DNA of 63,667 nucleotides, counting the filler, from Bonamia ostreae (lineage: Eukaryota): assembly GCA_040357525.1 (NCBI GenBank). It is 31 parts of 31 records of this genome, joined end to end, with 100 filler letters (N's around TTAATTAATTAA, not from the genome) between each part and the next. Parts side by side here need not be neighbours in the genome. Positions count along the whole stretch, not along the records: positions 37,149 to 39,105 come from JBDODL010001182.1; positions 39,206 to 41,160 come from JBDODL010001183.1; positions 41,261 to 43,213 come from JBDODL010001184.1; positions 43,314 to 45,264 come from JBDODL010001185.1; positions 45,365 to 47,315 come from JBDODL010001186.1; positions 47,416 to 49,365 come from JBDODL010001187.1; 25 more parts are not named here. One strand, given 5' to 3'. Positions within the stretch are counted from its first letter, which is position 1, and each line of letters begins with the position of its first letter. The notes below the pieces were generated by a model that had not been told where the DNA came from, did no database searches, and worked only from the letters and a program-made list of their open reading frames with translations. A program made the position numbers and the translations under genes. Shown here piece after piece: positions 37,250 to 49,465 of this stretch.

Positions 37250-38955
37250 TTAGTAAACACTGTGTTTGCAAACAGGACAAGTTCTGTCTCTGTTAAGCCA
37301 GGTGTTGATGCATTCGCTGTGATAACAATGAAAACACGGCAATGTCATTATCACGTCATTTTCTTCATATTCTTCCAAACAAATAGTGCACCTTTCATCG
37401 TTTTCTTTTGTTCGTTGAACGTCTTCGGAGGTCAAAGTGCGTTCTTGAAACATTAAATTGAAATGGATTGTCGGGCGTCTTGTTGACGCTGATTCTGAGT
37501 CTTGAAATCTTTTTTGTCAATTTTAAATAATCGATTTTTCATTATTTTTTATTGTTTTTTGTAAATTTTAAATAATCGATTTTTTATTATTTTTTATTGT
37601 TTTTTGTCAATTTTAAAATAATCGATTTTTCATTGTTTTTTATNNNNNNNNNNNNNNNNNNNNNNNNNNNNNNNNNNNNNNNNNNNNNNNNNNNNNNNNN
37701 NNNNNNNNNNNNNNNNNNNNNNNNNNNNNNNNNNNNNNNNNNNTGTTTTTTGTGAATTTTAAAATAATCGATTTTTCATTATTTTTTATTGTTTTTTTCA
37801 ATTTTAAAATAATCGATTTTTCATTATTTTTTATTGTTTTTTGTGAATTTTAAAATAATCGATTTTTCATTATTTTTTATTGTTTTTTTGTCAATTTTAA
37901 AATGATCGATTTTTTATTGTTTTTTGTCAATTTTGTCAAAGTAAATTTTATAATATATAAAAACAATGTGAACAAATTGGCAAATGTAATAAGAATACTA
38001 TTAAAGATTCTTCTGACATTCCTCAATCTTTTTTATCAAAATTTAGCCAAAATTCAAATAAAAAATTTTGCTCGAAAAACGACAAAAAATTTCCTTCCGC
38101 AAAAAATTTTGTTTCGCATGTTACAACACCTTGTGCTGGCTCTGCTGCCACGACCATGAAAACCGCTCCTTCGATTGTCACAACTTTATTAAAATTTAGC
38201 AAAACATTCGTTTTCTCGAAGCAATCTCCTCCTGTGCAAGAAGTGCCTTCTCAAATAATTTGTTATGATAAATTCCTCCCCAATAAATTGCCCGCTTGCA
38301 CTTCTCTGATCCTCCGGCAACGTTTCTTCAAACGGAAGGAGATGGGCCTTCTCCAAATCCGGGACCGTCGACTCGATTGAGATTTGAGTTCGTCTGGATA
38401 AGAACCCTCCTTCTCGAGGCTCCACTTCACTGATCACAAATTCCATCCCTTTCAAAACTAACGAGTCGTCTTTGGCGAGATGGAGTTCTTCTTTTCTTTT
38501 GTGCAAATCGCGTTTTATTCCGATTTGGCTAATTCTGCGAAGGTTGTGAGAGATCGTCGAGAAGGTTGGGCGCAGGACAACTTTTCTCGCCTCTTTCATT
38601 ATTTTTTGGCAACCTCCGCCGCCCAACAGCGATAAAGAATTGCCGCTCGTTTCTAATTTGACAACAGTTTCATCTTTTAGCAATCCTTTTGGAGGCGAGG
38701 AGGCGACGATTTTGAGAATCGGTCGATTTTTTTGTCGAATGATCTCGTTTTTGGTTAGATGACGGGACGACTGATCTGTGAGTTGTGAAACTATTGTAGC
38801 TTTCAGGTTTTCTGTGTCTATCGAGTTCTGGTCGATGTGACCATCGTTTATAATGGCTATTTTTAAAAAGTTTGAATTTTTTGATAAACCGAAACTGATA
38901 TACCGCAAATCATTTTTGCCGTCTTTTTTGAAATCAGTCAGATTTAAATTGCATC
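37250..38955 (-). CDS. RING-H2 E3 ligase with upstream tandem CDC48-domain-2-like modules, probably 5' partial
   Basis: C-terminal CTICLEEY...LPCFHCYHSECINTWL...CPVCK; upstream AHLLPFEETL...NYLRRHF...LRENE|FVTIEGAVFMVVAAEPAQGVVTCETKFFAEG. Confidence 0.7.
37515..37940. repeat. ~45-bp tandem repeat in the RING-gene intron (contains an assembly gap)
   Basis: Unit tttttgtcaattttaaaataatcgatttttcattattttttattg. Confidence 0.85.
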
Positions 38956-41260
38956 TTTGGCACTTGACTTTGCCGTCTTTTTTATTAAAATTTGGCCATT
39001 TTTAATGTTTTTGTTTTGGAAAGTGGCGATTTTTAATGTTTTTGTTATTAAAATTTGGTCATTTTTAATGTTTTGTTTTGGAAAGTGGCGATTTTTAATG
39101 TTTTTNNNNNNNNNNNNNNNNNNNNNNNNNNNNNNNNNNNNNNNNNNNNTTAATTAATTAANNNNNNNNNNNNNNNNNNNNNNNNNNNNNNNNNNNNNNN
39201 NNNNNTCGAATATTCATTTATCAGATTGTGTGTCTTAAAGTAAGGTACATTTGTTGTCTTGTATTATGCATTTTCAGTGAGTGTCGGGTATTAGTGAGTG
39301 TGTAAAGTTGAAAGTTATTGTTGAAGTCCTTACGTTGTGAATAAAGTTATTTCTGGTTTGTGTTTATCTTTTATACGTCAAGCTTTAGTTTGCAAACGAA
39401 GGATTTTTCTTATCGTCAGTCAAAATTGAGATAGACTGTCTGACAATTGCCCTTCTGCTTCTCATGTTAGCCATTCTGTGTCACACTCATTTTTTTCCGA
39501 TTTTAGAAGAGCACCTTTTGATTTGGGATTACGAAAGTAAGAATACGACTGTATGTATATATATCACGTTTTAATTTTCTCACAATTCATTGATTTTTAC
39601 AAGCTAAGTGGGACTTTGTTCCTTGTCTAATTTTCTGCACTTTTATCATTAAATTTTAACTTTGGAACCTGACATTTAATGTTTGGCTAACTAATGAGTG
39701 GATACATACTTTTTAAGTTTTACAGTTGGCATATTCTAACAACAACCGCACGACATAGTTTCAAGCCTGAATTTTAAAAACAAAGGTGAAGATAACGAAC
39801 AGNNNNNNNNNNCAGTGATCAATCACAAAATTCATATGGTGAAGTTGGAGTTGGACAAAGTCCTAGATGAAGATGTTCACACAACGATATAACATGATTT
39901 GATAATTATTTTAAAAAAATTATTTACTCCCTGAATATCCATTACTTGCACAGTTTATGTATGTAGATCAATATCATGTTATGAAATTCATAGGGAAACT
40001 ATCTACATTCAATTGTGTGGTGTGGAGGATTGTTCCCAAGGATATCGTTTCAAGACTTTCAACAAGTTGGGGAAAACGTAAATTCCGCTATAATAGTGGT
40101 ATATCATTTTCATAGCTAGATTTCGCAATGTGTTCAGCCGTATAAAACCTTGATTTCCTCAAATTATATACTTGCTGATGAAACTGCAAGTTATGGTGGG
40201 TATGAAAAGGAACAACAATTGGCACGCTTACATTTTATGAGTTTTATTAAATCTTCTAACGTTGCGTTTAATAAATTAATAATGCGAGCACGTTCTTTAA
40301 ACGGATGTTACATTTTTAACATAGCAACCGCTGATTGTGGNNNNNNNNNNCTTCCTCTCACATATGTACAGAAACTGTTGCTTATAACAATTTTTAACTC
40401 ACATTGGAAGATGTTAATTCACTTCAAGAAAAAAATTATAATTGCCTGCATGGTTACGGATATAAAGATCCGTTATGGCAATTGCAGAATGTACATTTCT
40501 TATGAATTTGTGTTAATTGTATCACATGATATTGATAACGATAAAATTCAATATTCTATCAATTCTTCATGAGACTTACATGTAGTGTTGATTCCCTGCA
40601 TCGTATGTATCATTCATAAAGATAATTGCATGTTTTAAATTAAACCTGTAGTAAGTATTCCTGTTCTATATGCGTTATTAGCTGTTGGTTGATTTTTAAA
40701 GAAAAAACGAAGATGAAATGTGTTTTGGTTCAGACATACATATAATTGTAAGATTATGTACAAGTCAGAAAGAAAAATGCTATAGTTTATGATAAGCTGC
40801 AACCTAAATTGGCACATAGCCTTGATAAATTTATTGATAAAAGAATGCATTGCTTTCTAATCAGTCTCGTGCATAGCTTATCAAGAAAACAAAATTTCAA
40901 ACATAAGATATTTTAAACAGAGTTTTAATCCTATGCTGATTATCCTTCAGAATCTACTCCGTCACCTAAAACATACATACATAACGAATTTAAGTTCGCA
41001 TTTGTGTATGTTAGATTATGTAATTCAATTTGTAAAAAAATCTTTTCGTCATTTTGGATGTATAAGCATTTTTCGTTAACACTGGTTAGTACACGTTTTC
41101 GAATTGATGATACTTTATCACTGGTTTTATTGTTTGTTTCAATATCCATACCAAGATTTCNNNNNNNNNNNNNNNNNNNNNNNNNNNNNNNNNNNNNNNN
41201 NNNNTTAATTAATTAANNNNNNNNNNNNNNNNNNNNNNNNNNNNNNNNNNNNNNNNNNNN

Positions 41261-41963
41261 CATGGTGATGAAATGTACCAGGTTGTGAAAATCTGGAGGT
41301 TATGGTTCGATCTGTATCCTTCCCACAAGGTCCCAACATACCATAAGTCTTCGATAGGCGTACATAAATTGGGAAAGAAGTCAGGACATATGTTTGCACC
41401 TGTAGGTTAATCAGTCATACAAATGTTTTTCACTTAATATCCTGATAACACTTTGTTTCATGCACATTTTATATTAGTTTCTCCCTCAAAAGAGTAGACA
41501 AACCCTGTATATTTTGAAGTTACCTGGTCAACCTCCTCTAGACATAGAAAGATAGTGTCTAATCAATATGCTATTTACATGAAACATCAAAATGATGTTA
41601 TGATAGTTATTCAGATCAGCTTTGCTCCTATAAGGTTAATATTTCCTAAGAAAAATTGAAACACATTCTGACTTCGTACCATTGTCCTACAACAAACTTC
41701 ATAGTGTAAAATCTAAATCTCAATTATATCAAAAAATTATTTATCTTAACTGAAGTTTAGATACCAGTGAATATTGTGTAGGAAGCACTTGTTCAGAATG
41801 ATTTTTTCTAAGAGCTACACGCAAATGACTGCGTTGGTTCATCCATCCTTTATCTCCTGCTGCGTCAGAATATACATGTCTGCACTGACACCCATCACCT
41901 TGTATGATATATATCATCCATGCTCATCCATCACATGTTGTAGAACATCAACCCACTTCACCT
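41261..41963 (-). pseudogene. Degenerate intron-containing Mutator-like transposase fragment (host)
   Basis: Frameshifted VKWVDVLQHVMDEHG / CQCRH...KGWMNQRSHLRVALRKIILNKCFLHNIHWYLNF resembles invertebrate MULE-like transposases. Confidence 0.45.
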
Positions 41964-43534
41964 GAAAAAAATATTTAACTTTACATACATCGTAATTTTC
42001 ATTCACAGTCAATGCAATGTAAATATTTACACTGCACTGACAAGGAAACTTGATTCGACTGGCATTTATTTGTTATGTAATATAACTGATTTTAAAAGTC
42101 ATATACACAACATGAATTGTGCTGTATGTAGTTTTCTACAATATGGTTTAAAAAATATGTTTGGATCATTTTTGTAATAGCGTCCAGCTTTTATTCCGTC
42201 CAGCTTGTAAATGTAATGTTCACGCACCTCAAGCAGATGGTATGCATAAGGGTAGCTACAATAAGCATTTTATTCTCTCTGAGAAGTTTAAATGAACTAC
42301 GTTTAGTATGGAATTTGTAAACCTTCAGTAACTTATTCAAAGTTCAGTTATAATCATTGCACACAACATTCTTACAGTTTTATTGCTACAAACCTATAAT
42401 GTAAAGTAACGTATATTTCTAAAATAGAGCACATATTTACTGAAATATTGCCAAGTTAGGTCCCCACCGCCCTGCAGTCTTAACTGACCTGACAATTACT
42501 TCCATGGATACTGTCATAATCATTATGCATAAAATAAGTTTCCCAATACATAAGATTAAAGGAAATTCCTTCCGCGGAAGTAATGCAGTTTTGGGGGAAA
42601 CTGGCACCACACTTCGTACCAGGATACGCACCCATTAACAAGGTATCCAACAACCACAATATAGAAAAATCAAACTAGTGAGCAACTAGATATATTCGGG
42701 AACAGGCATTTTTCAGTTATTCCTCCATATAAACTCTATATTAATGGTTTATTAGAAAGAAGAGAGAAGGAAACATTTGATACAGTGTTTGAAGCGACAT
42801 TGAAGATTAAACTTTTTATATTTATTGTCGGACATTTTTACATACATGTATAATGCGATATCAATCTTCTCGAAATTTTTGACCTACAATTGTAATTTTC
42901 AAATTCGGTAAAACGCAATTATTTCTGTTTGATAAGTTCAATAGAAAAAAATGATAGAATAAAAAGGTGTCCGTACATTTTCGTAAAATCACCAAACGTA
43001 CTCAATGGCCGTAAAAAGGACTCTTTCGATAACTATTGTTGAAAACAGTGACTGGTAGATTTTGGTCACCATTAAAATCAATTGTTACAAGGACATATTC
43101 TTTGTAAAATATGAATTTCACAATTAAAGTTTTAATATTTTCACATCACTACCTTACCGATTAAAAGTACATCTGTCTCAATCACTTTTGATAGTTTACT
43201 CAGTTCAGTTAAGNNNNNNNNNNNNNNNNNNNNNNNNNNNNNNNNNNNNNNNNNNNNTTAATTAATTAANNNNNNNNNNNNNNNNNNNNNNNNNNNNNNN
43301 NNNNNNNNNNNNNTTCAGCTGCTTGCTTCACATTCAGCTACGCCACAACCACGGCAAATAATTTTTTTTGCATTTGGCTCAATCAGCATTTTTTATCGTT
43401 AGCCATTATTATTTTTATTTACGATCTGATTTTATTTTTCTTATTATTGTTGGATCATTGAGTACCCCCGACCTCTCACCTTTTTTTTTTCTTTATTTTT
43501 ATTATTTTTTTCTTTATTTTTAAAAGTTAAATCG

Positions 43535-45264
43535 TCATTTGCGTAATTTTATACTTTCATCGACAAAATTACATAAACGTTTCAGTTTATTTTTATCAAT
43601 TAGAAACAATATTTGTGATTTTTTATTTTTAACTCGAACACAGTTTAAATAAAATTTTCTATAGTTATAAAATTTTTTACAGTAGAATAAAAAATGTATA
43701 ATAGTTTCTTTTGTGTTGCATTTTTCACATTTTTCGGTCGATTTTATTTTCATTTTATGTAGAAAATAATTTAAGTTTATGCAACCACATATTATTTTTA
43801 ATATAATTACAAAATTTTTGTTTGAGAGATTTTTAAAATTGTTAAAAATTATAATATTTTTTTCCATTGCATTTTCTAAAATTTCAACAGAAAATTTTGT
43901 ATTGTCATTACATTCATTCTTTTTATCAATAAGACCCTTTAATTGATTTTTCAAAAGTTGGTTTTTAAGATAGATGTCATTTTTATTTTTACTATATTCT
44001 ATATTTAATATATTGAACATACGCCATATAGAGTATTTATTATAAAACGATTTCATACTAAAACTTTTTTTTAGGTTATCAAAGTTGACAGTATAATTTT
44101 TGAATAACAAGAACATTCTATTCTTAACTGTTAACATATTAATGCTATTCAACAGGCATAAATAACTTGATCTTTTATTTATTGATAATAGATAACATAA
44201 TGATATATGTTGAAATGCTTCTAATTTTTTTTGTCTTGATTTCGTTAAGGGCAAAAAAATTGGAAAAGAATAATCTAAAATAGACCTTACAAATGATTTG
44301 TAGGTATTAATCAAAATTTTTTTCCTCGCTCCTGTTATAGAATTTGATATATATTTTAAAATATATAATCTTTTTCTAGCTTTTTTTAAAATTGTATTCA
44401 CATGATTATCAAATTTTAGTCTTTTATCAAATATTATTCCAAGATACTTTATTTGATCAACGTATTCAATGTTTTTATTGTATAACATTATATTTTTTAT
44501 TGGTTTTTTATTGTTTGATACAAACATTGCTTTAGATTTGTCTAAAGACAATTTTAAATTTAGAGTGTCAGTTATATTTGTTAATTTTTTCAATGCATTA
44601 TTAATTGATTTATACATATTGTTTTCATTTTTATTTGATGTATACATATATAAATCGTCCGCAAAAGCTCTGATTTTTACATTTTTGTAACTCTCCTCTA
44701 ATACACAGTTTATGTATATATTAAAGAGAATTGGAGATAATGGACTTCCTTGAGGAAGTCCAAATTTAAATTCTAATATCTTACTTTTATTATTTTTAAA
44801 ATTTGTGCACCCAAATCTTGAGCTTAAAAAATGTTTTAAATAAATTAACATTTCGTTTTTAATGCCAATATTTTTTAACATGTTAAACAATAATTTTCTA
44901 TCTACAGTGTCATAAGCTTTAGTAATATCTAAGAAAACAATAATCATTGATTTTTTATAATTATATGTTTCCAAAATGTTTTCATAAAGATTGATAATAT
45001 TGTCGTAAGTATTCTTTTTTTTAATAAAACCATGTTGAGCTGTGTTTAAAATATTATTTTTGTAAAGAAAAATCTTTAATTTATTTAAAATTATTTTATC
45101 AAATATTTTACTTGTTACACTAAGTAACGATATAGGTCTTAATTCTTCTAATTTAACTGATTCCTTATTTATCTTTGGAATTGGAATTATAGTAGCTGTT
45201 TTGAATTTATCTGGAAGACCATTTTTTATAATTTTTTTAAACAGATTTATTAAATATATACTTG
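43535..45264 (-). mobile_element. Non-LTR retrotransposon ORF2 (reverse transcriptase + C-terminal CCHC finger), 5' partial
   Basis: ATIIPIPK, RPISLLS, QHGF, FLDITKAYDTV, GLPQGSPLSPILFNIY, FADD, KYLGIIFD, CEKCNTKETIIHFLFYC; extremely AT-rich; uninterrupted 479-aa ORF extends upstream toward the contig edge. Confidence 0.95.
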
Positions 45265-45483
45265 NNNNNNNNNNNNNNNNNNNNNNNNNNNNNNNNNNNN
45301 NNNNNNNNTTAATTAATTAANNNNNNNNNNNNNNNNNNNNNNNNNNNNNNNNNNNNNNNNNNNNTTTAATGTTTATTAATTGCAATTTTTGTCAATTTTT
45401 AATATTTTAGCAATTTTTAGCGATCGATTTTTTATTTTACAATTTAATTTTTTGCATTTGTGTACGGAAAAATTATTACATTT

Positions 45484-46242
45484 TCAATTTAATCTACGAA
45501 ACTGTCTCAAACACATTCTTCCGGTAAAAATCTTTCTTTTCTCTAATAGTTGACATTTTCTTTTCAACTTTTTAGCGATTTGATTCAAATCTTTCATCAT
45601 TTTTTCAACCACGGAAAACAAATTATTCATTCGATTCTTCACAGAAAGTGAATACAGTGGCATCAAATCAACATTTACAAAATTTTCTTTTTTAGTGAAA
45701 ACTTTGTTACCGATATTTCCATTAATTTCAAAATTAAGTATAAAATTGAATAAAGGATATCCATTATAAAATTCAAATGGTTGTTTTTCGGGCAATTTTT
45801 GTGACATAAGAATACCACCTGCTTCAATACTATTACTTTTGTTACCAATATATATTGTATAAAGAGACAATCCTTTAATGTTGAAACAGTATTCTCCGGG
45901 TTGCAACAAAAAATCGTCTTCAAACGAAAACTCAAAAACTGAATTTTTGATATTTTTCGTATCGAATGTTGTAAAAAATATTGTTTCTTGTATCTTGTTA
46001 TTACAATTTTCGCCATTTTCAACACAATTTCCGTTAAAATTTTCGTCGTTTTTATTGCAATTTTCGATTGAAGTTTTGTAAAAAATCGGTTTGTTGTTTA
46101 AAGTAAGTTCGATCTGAAAACACTTTTTGTTTTCTTTGTAAATACCAAATTTTAATTTTTGCGGTTTAATGGCGTAAATGGTCTTGAAATCGAGACCATA
46201 ATGATTATCAGATGGCAGAAATTTTGTGGTGCCAATGGTCAT
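45484..46242 (-). CDS. Hypothetical protein (252-aa ORF, probably spliced)
   Basis: Long ORF in a gene-dense contig, head-to-head with the formin; no recognisable motif. Confidence 0.5.
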   Translation of the reverse strand: MTIGTTKFLPSDNHYGLDFKTIYAIKPQKLKFGIYKENKKCFQIELTLNNKPIFYKTSIENCNKNDENFNGNCVENGENCNNKIQETIFFTTFDTKNIKNSVFEFSFEDDFLLQPGEYCFNIKGLSLYTIYIGNKSNSIEAGGILMSQKLPEKQPFEFYNGYPLFNFILNFEINGNIGNKVFTKKENFVNVDLMPLYSLSVKNRMNNLFSVVEKMMKDLNQIAKKLKRKCQLLEKRKIFTGRMCLRQFRRLN

Positions 46243-46475
46243 TTATTAATAGTACTTTAATTGTAAACTTCAAAAAAATTTAAAATTCCAAAATTGAAAT
46301 TTGGAAATTTCAAAATTGCTAAAGTTTGTAAATTTGACGATTTGTCGACAATAATTCGAAACAATAACAACAATAAATTTATTTTGAAGCCATCTATTAC
46401 ATCACAAAATCTAAAAAACATTTAAGCTCAACAGCTTATTCGCATTAACAATTTTAAATATAGTTTTAGTTTAAA

Positions 46476-47075
46476 ATGCCTGGAATCAAACAAATCCTCA
46501 GAAATTTTTTTAAAAATGTTCTTAAAATTAACCATCTAAAAACAGGAAAAGAAGATTGATAAAAGCTCCAAAATGGAACCTTTGCCGCCAATGCCTGATA
46601 AACAAACTCTTGATAAAAAATTTCAAGAATTTATGTACTCGATTTCAATGCCAGCTCAAACTGTTGAGAAAATGGAGGTTATGAGTGATGAAAACAAATG
46701 GATCATGATTTGCCAACAAGATAAGAAAACTGTTTTTTTAATAAAATAAAAATAAAAAAAATTTGATAACAATTTTTTTACAATTTTCGCAAAAAAAAAC
46801 AAAATTTGATAACAATTTTTTTGCAATTTTCGCAAAAAAAAAACAAAATTTGATAACGATTTTTACAAATTTTTTCAAAAAAAACAAATTTTTGAATAAA
46901 AAAGAGTAAAGAAAAAACAGATGATTGGATAAAAACTCTTAAAAAGCCAGCGACAGAAAGCACTTTGATAAAATTTAAAGTGATTATCACCAGCGTCGAC
47001 GTAAAATGGATGAAATCATTTGTTGAGAAAAACGGATTGTTCTTGTTAGTTTCTCAAAATCTATCCGAGTCAACA
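46476..47075 (+). CDS. Diaphanous-related formin, N-terminal GBD/FH3 region, 3' partial; mostly absent from ORF track
   Basis: PLPPMPDKQTLDKKFQEFMYSISMP...MSDENKWIMICQQD and KVIITSVDVKWMKSFVEKNGLFLL match the Drf GTPase-binding domain; 28-nt first intron. Confidence 0.75.
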
Positions 47076-47415
47076 GTTTTTAAAAATCTTTTCATCGAAA
47101 ATAATTTGCAAAAAACAAAAAATCTTTTCATCGCAAATAATTTGCAAAAAAAAAACAAAAAATCTATTCTATCGCAAATAATTTGCAAAAAAAACAAAAA
47201 TCTTTTCTATCACAAATAATTTGCAAAAAAACAAAAAATCTTTTCTATTAAATAATTTGCAAAAAACAAAAAATCTTTTCTATTAAATAATTTGCAAAAA
47301 ACAAAAAATCTTTTCNNNNNNNNNNNNNNNNNNNNNNNNNNNNNNNNNNNNNNNNNNNNTTAATTAATTAANNNNNNNNNNNNNNNNNNNNNNNNNNNNN
47401 NNNNNNNNNNNNNNN

Positions 47416-49365
47416 ATGTAGTTGTTTCTATCTTAATAAACATATGAAATGTAGTTGTTTATATAATTATAACACATGTTTGGTTGTGAAACCTAGTCCT
47501 TCTAAGTTAAAAGGTTGATTCCATCCCTCCTGTGACTGGCGTTTAACTTCAGGCACACTAGGTGACACATCAAGCTTCATGGTGAAATTAGCGCTATTGA
47601 TGGCTCCCACTACTGTTCGTTTTGAGATTGACAGTCCATTACCAGTTTCGTTATAAAACATCAGTTTCACCCCTTTCTCCATTTTGACAAGACACTCGCA
47701 TAAATGTAATCCTTCGGGTAAGTTTTCTACACAGGGTTGTAAATGTTTGATCTCTGTTACCATTGGTTCTCACTTGAAAACGCACTTGTTTCAAATTCTT
47801 CCAGGTATAGTCACAATTCTGTTTCTTGTTTTGACCCGATTTGAATATTCACTAAAATTTTGTTTTTTAATCTGTACTAAGGTGACAGAGGCTCTTAATG
47901 AGGGGATTGCCACACGGATAATAGTATCTACGTTAAAGTCACTATCGTGGATGTAATCTTCAATAACATTTTAACCATTGACTGGGTGGTTCTTGGCTGC
48001 AGCTGATATCACAAGAAATGCAGTAGTGATTATTTGGTTCCCAATTGTCACTGCACATTCTACCCAACCACGAAAGTGTATGCTGGATTCATTGGCCGAG
48101 GGTACAGTTAAGTCCTCACTTGAGTTCCTTCAATTGCCTCATTCGGTACTCGGGGAAAAGTTTCCCTCCACCACTCTTCATGGACTAGTGATACTTGTGA
48201 TCCTCTGTCCCATAGAGCCTATACACTTTGTTGATTAAATTTACAGTTGATAAGACGAGTTTTTCCAACAACTTTTGTGATCTTAGTCCGGAACCAAGGT
48301 GAGGGTCTATAGACGTGACCAGTCAATGAATTGTTACACTGAACTTGGACAGATGGAAATCTTTGAAACTTCCCATCTGGGTTTACTGCCCGTCCTGCGG
48401 CAGTAAATCGAGCCTGTTTCCTAAAGTTGTTTGTTCCTCAAAACGGGATCTTAACCGATGGCGACTTCCTCAGGAACATGTTCACTGCTACCACAATGTA
48501 ATACTAAAATAGATTTGGTCATACTAAAATTCTGCATTTTCTTCCTTAGAAGCAAAGAGCATTTTCCGCCTTAGATTTAAAGCTCGTAACAAGAAGTCAA
48601 TGTATGTCTCTTTGTGATTTTGAGCCAACTGACACACCTCCGAATACAGTTTTGTAGCCATTTTTTCTATGTAGTGTGCTCGTAAAATTTGGCGTAGCGA
48701 AGCTAGGATTAAATTGGTTTTGCCCTCAAGATAACACCTCATTCCTGTTCCTACTGGTTCTGTGTGAATGACAACATCGGTTATTTCGACTGCTGCAAAT
48801 CTCTTCTTCAAGTCCGTCTCGATCTATCGTGTCAGGGACACAAATGACAGTCCCTTCTGTGCTTCAATTTGTCCATGAATTTTGAATTCCTTTCGGAAGG
48901 AGGTAACAGCATAAATAGATTGTTTCACATCGGTCTTCGGGAAAACTTTAGGTTCTTCGTTTTCCTTTTTTACCGTGGTCGTCCCTGATTTCAAGTCTGC
49001 AAATACATGTACCTCCAAAGCCAGAAGAGCAATTTGCTCCTCTTTAAATTCATTCTCTACCCAGTTTTCCACTGCCCAGATACCCTTATATTGCTTGTCT
49101 AGACCTTGCTTATCAATGCCATTATACCCACATAACACTAAGATCCCCCCCATGGTCGCTAAACACAACACAGACGATCCTCAAATTCTGACGCCTCCAT
49201 CCTGGACGAGCTCCCAAAGAGTGTAACCGGTTTCAAATGGAGAAGTATGAAAAGGAGGAGACATTGTAGTTCAGCTAATGCTTATTTATTGACGCCGACT
49301 CCCTAATTAAGTCGTTCCAAAAATTATAAGACACAATTTGAACACATCAAAATCTGAATGACTTC
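47416..49365 (-). mobile_element. Decayed Ty3/Gypsy LTR retrotransposon: LTR end, PBS, gag and protease remnants
   Basis: Gag KEFKIHGQI...LSFVSL...LRQILRAHY...DFLLRALNLRRK; degenerate protease ALWDRGSQVS near 48200; stops and frameshifts; LTR end ...TTACA at ~49222. Confidence 0.8.
49199..49216 (-). promoter_or_regulatory. tRNA-Pro primer-binding site of the Gypsy element
   Basis: TGGGAGCTCGTCCAGGAT versus canonical TGGGGGCTCGTCCGGGAT (2 mismatches), a few nt downstream of the LTR-terminal CA. Confidence 0.75.
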
Positions 49366-49465
49366 NNNNNNNNNNNNNNNNNNNNNNNNNNNNNNNNNNN
49401 NNNNNNNNNTTAATTAATTAANNNNNNNNNNNNNNNNNNNNNNNNNNNNNNNNNNNNNNNNNNNN

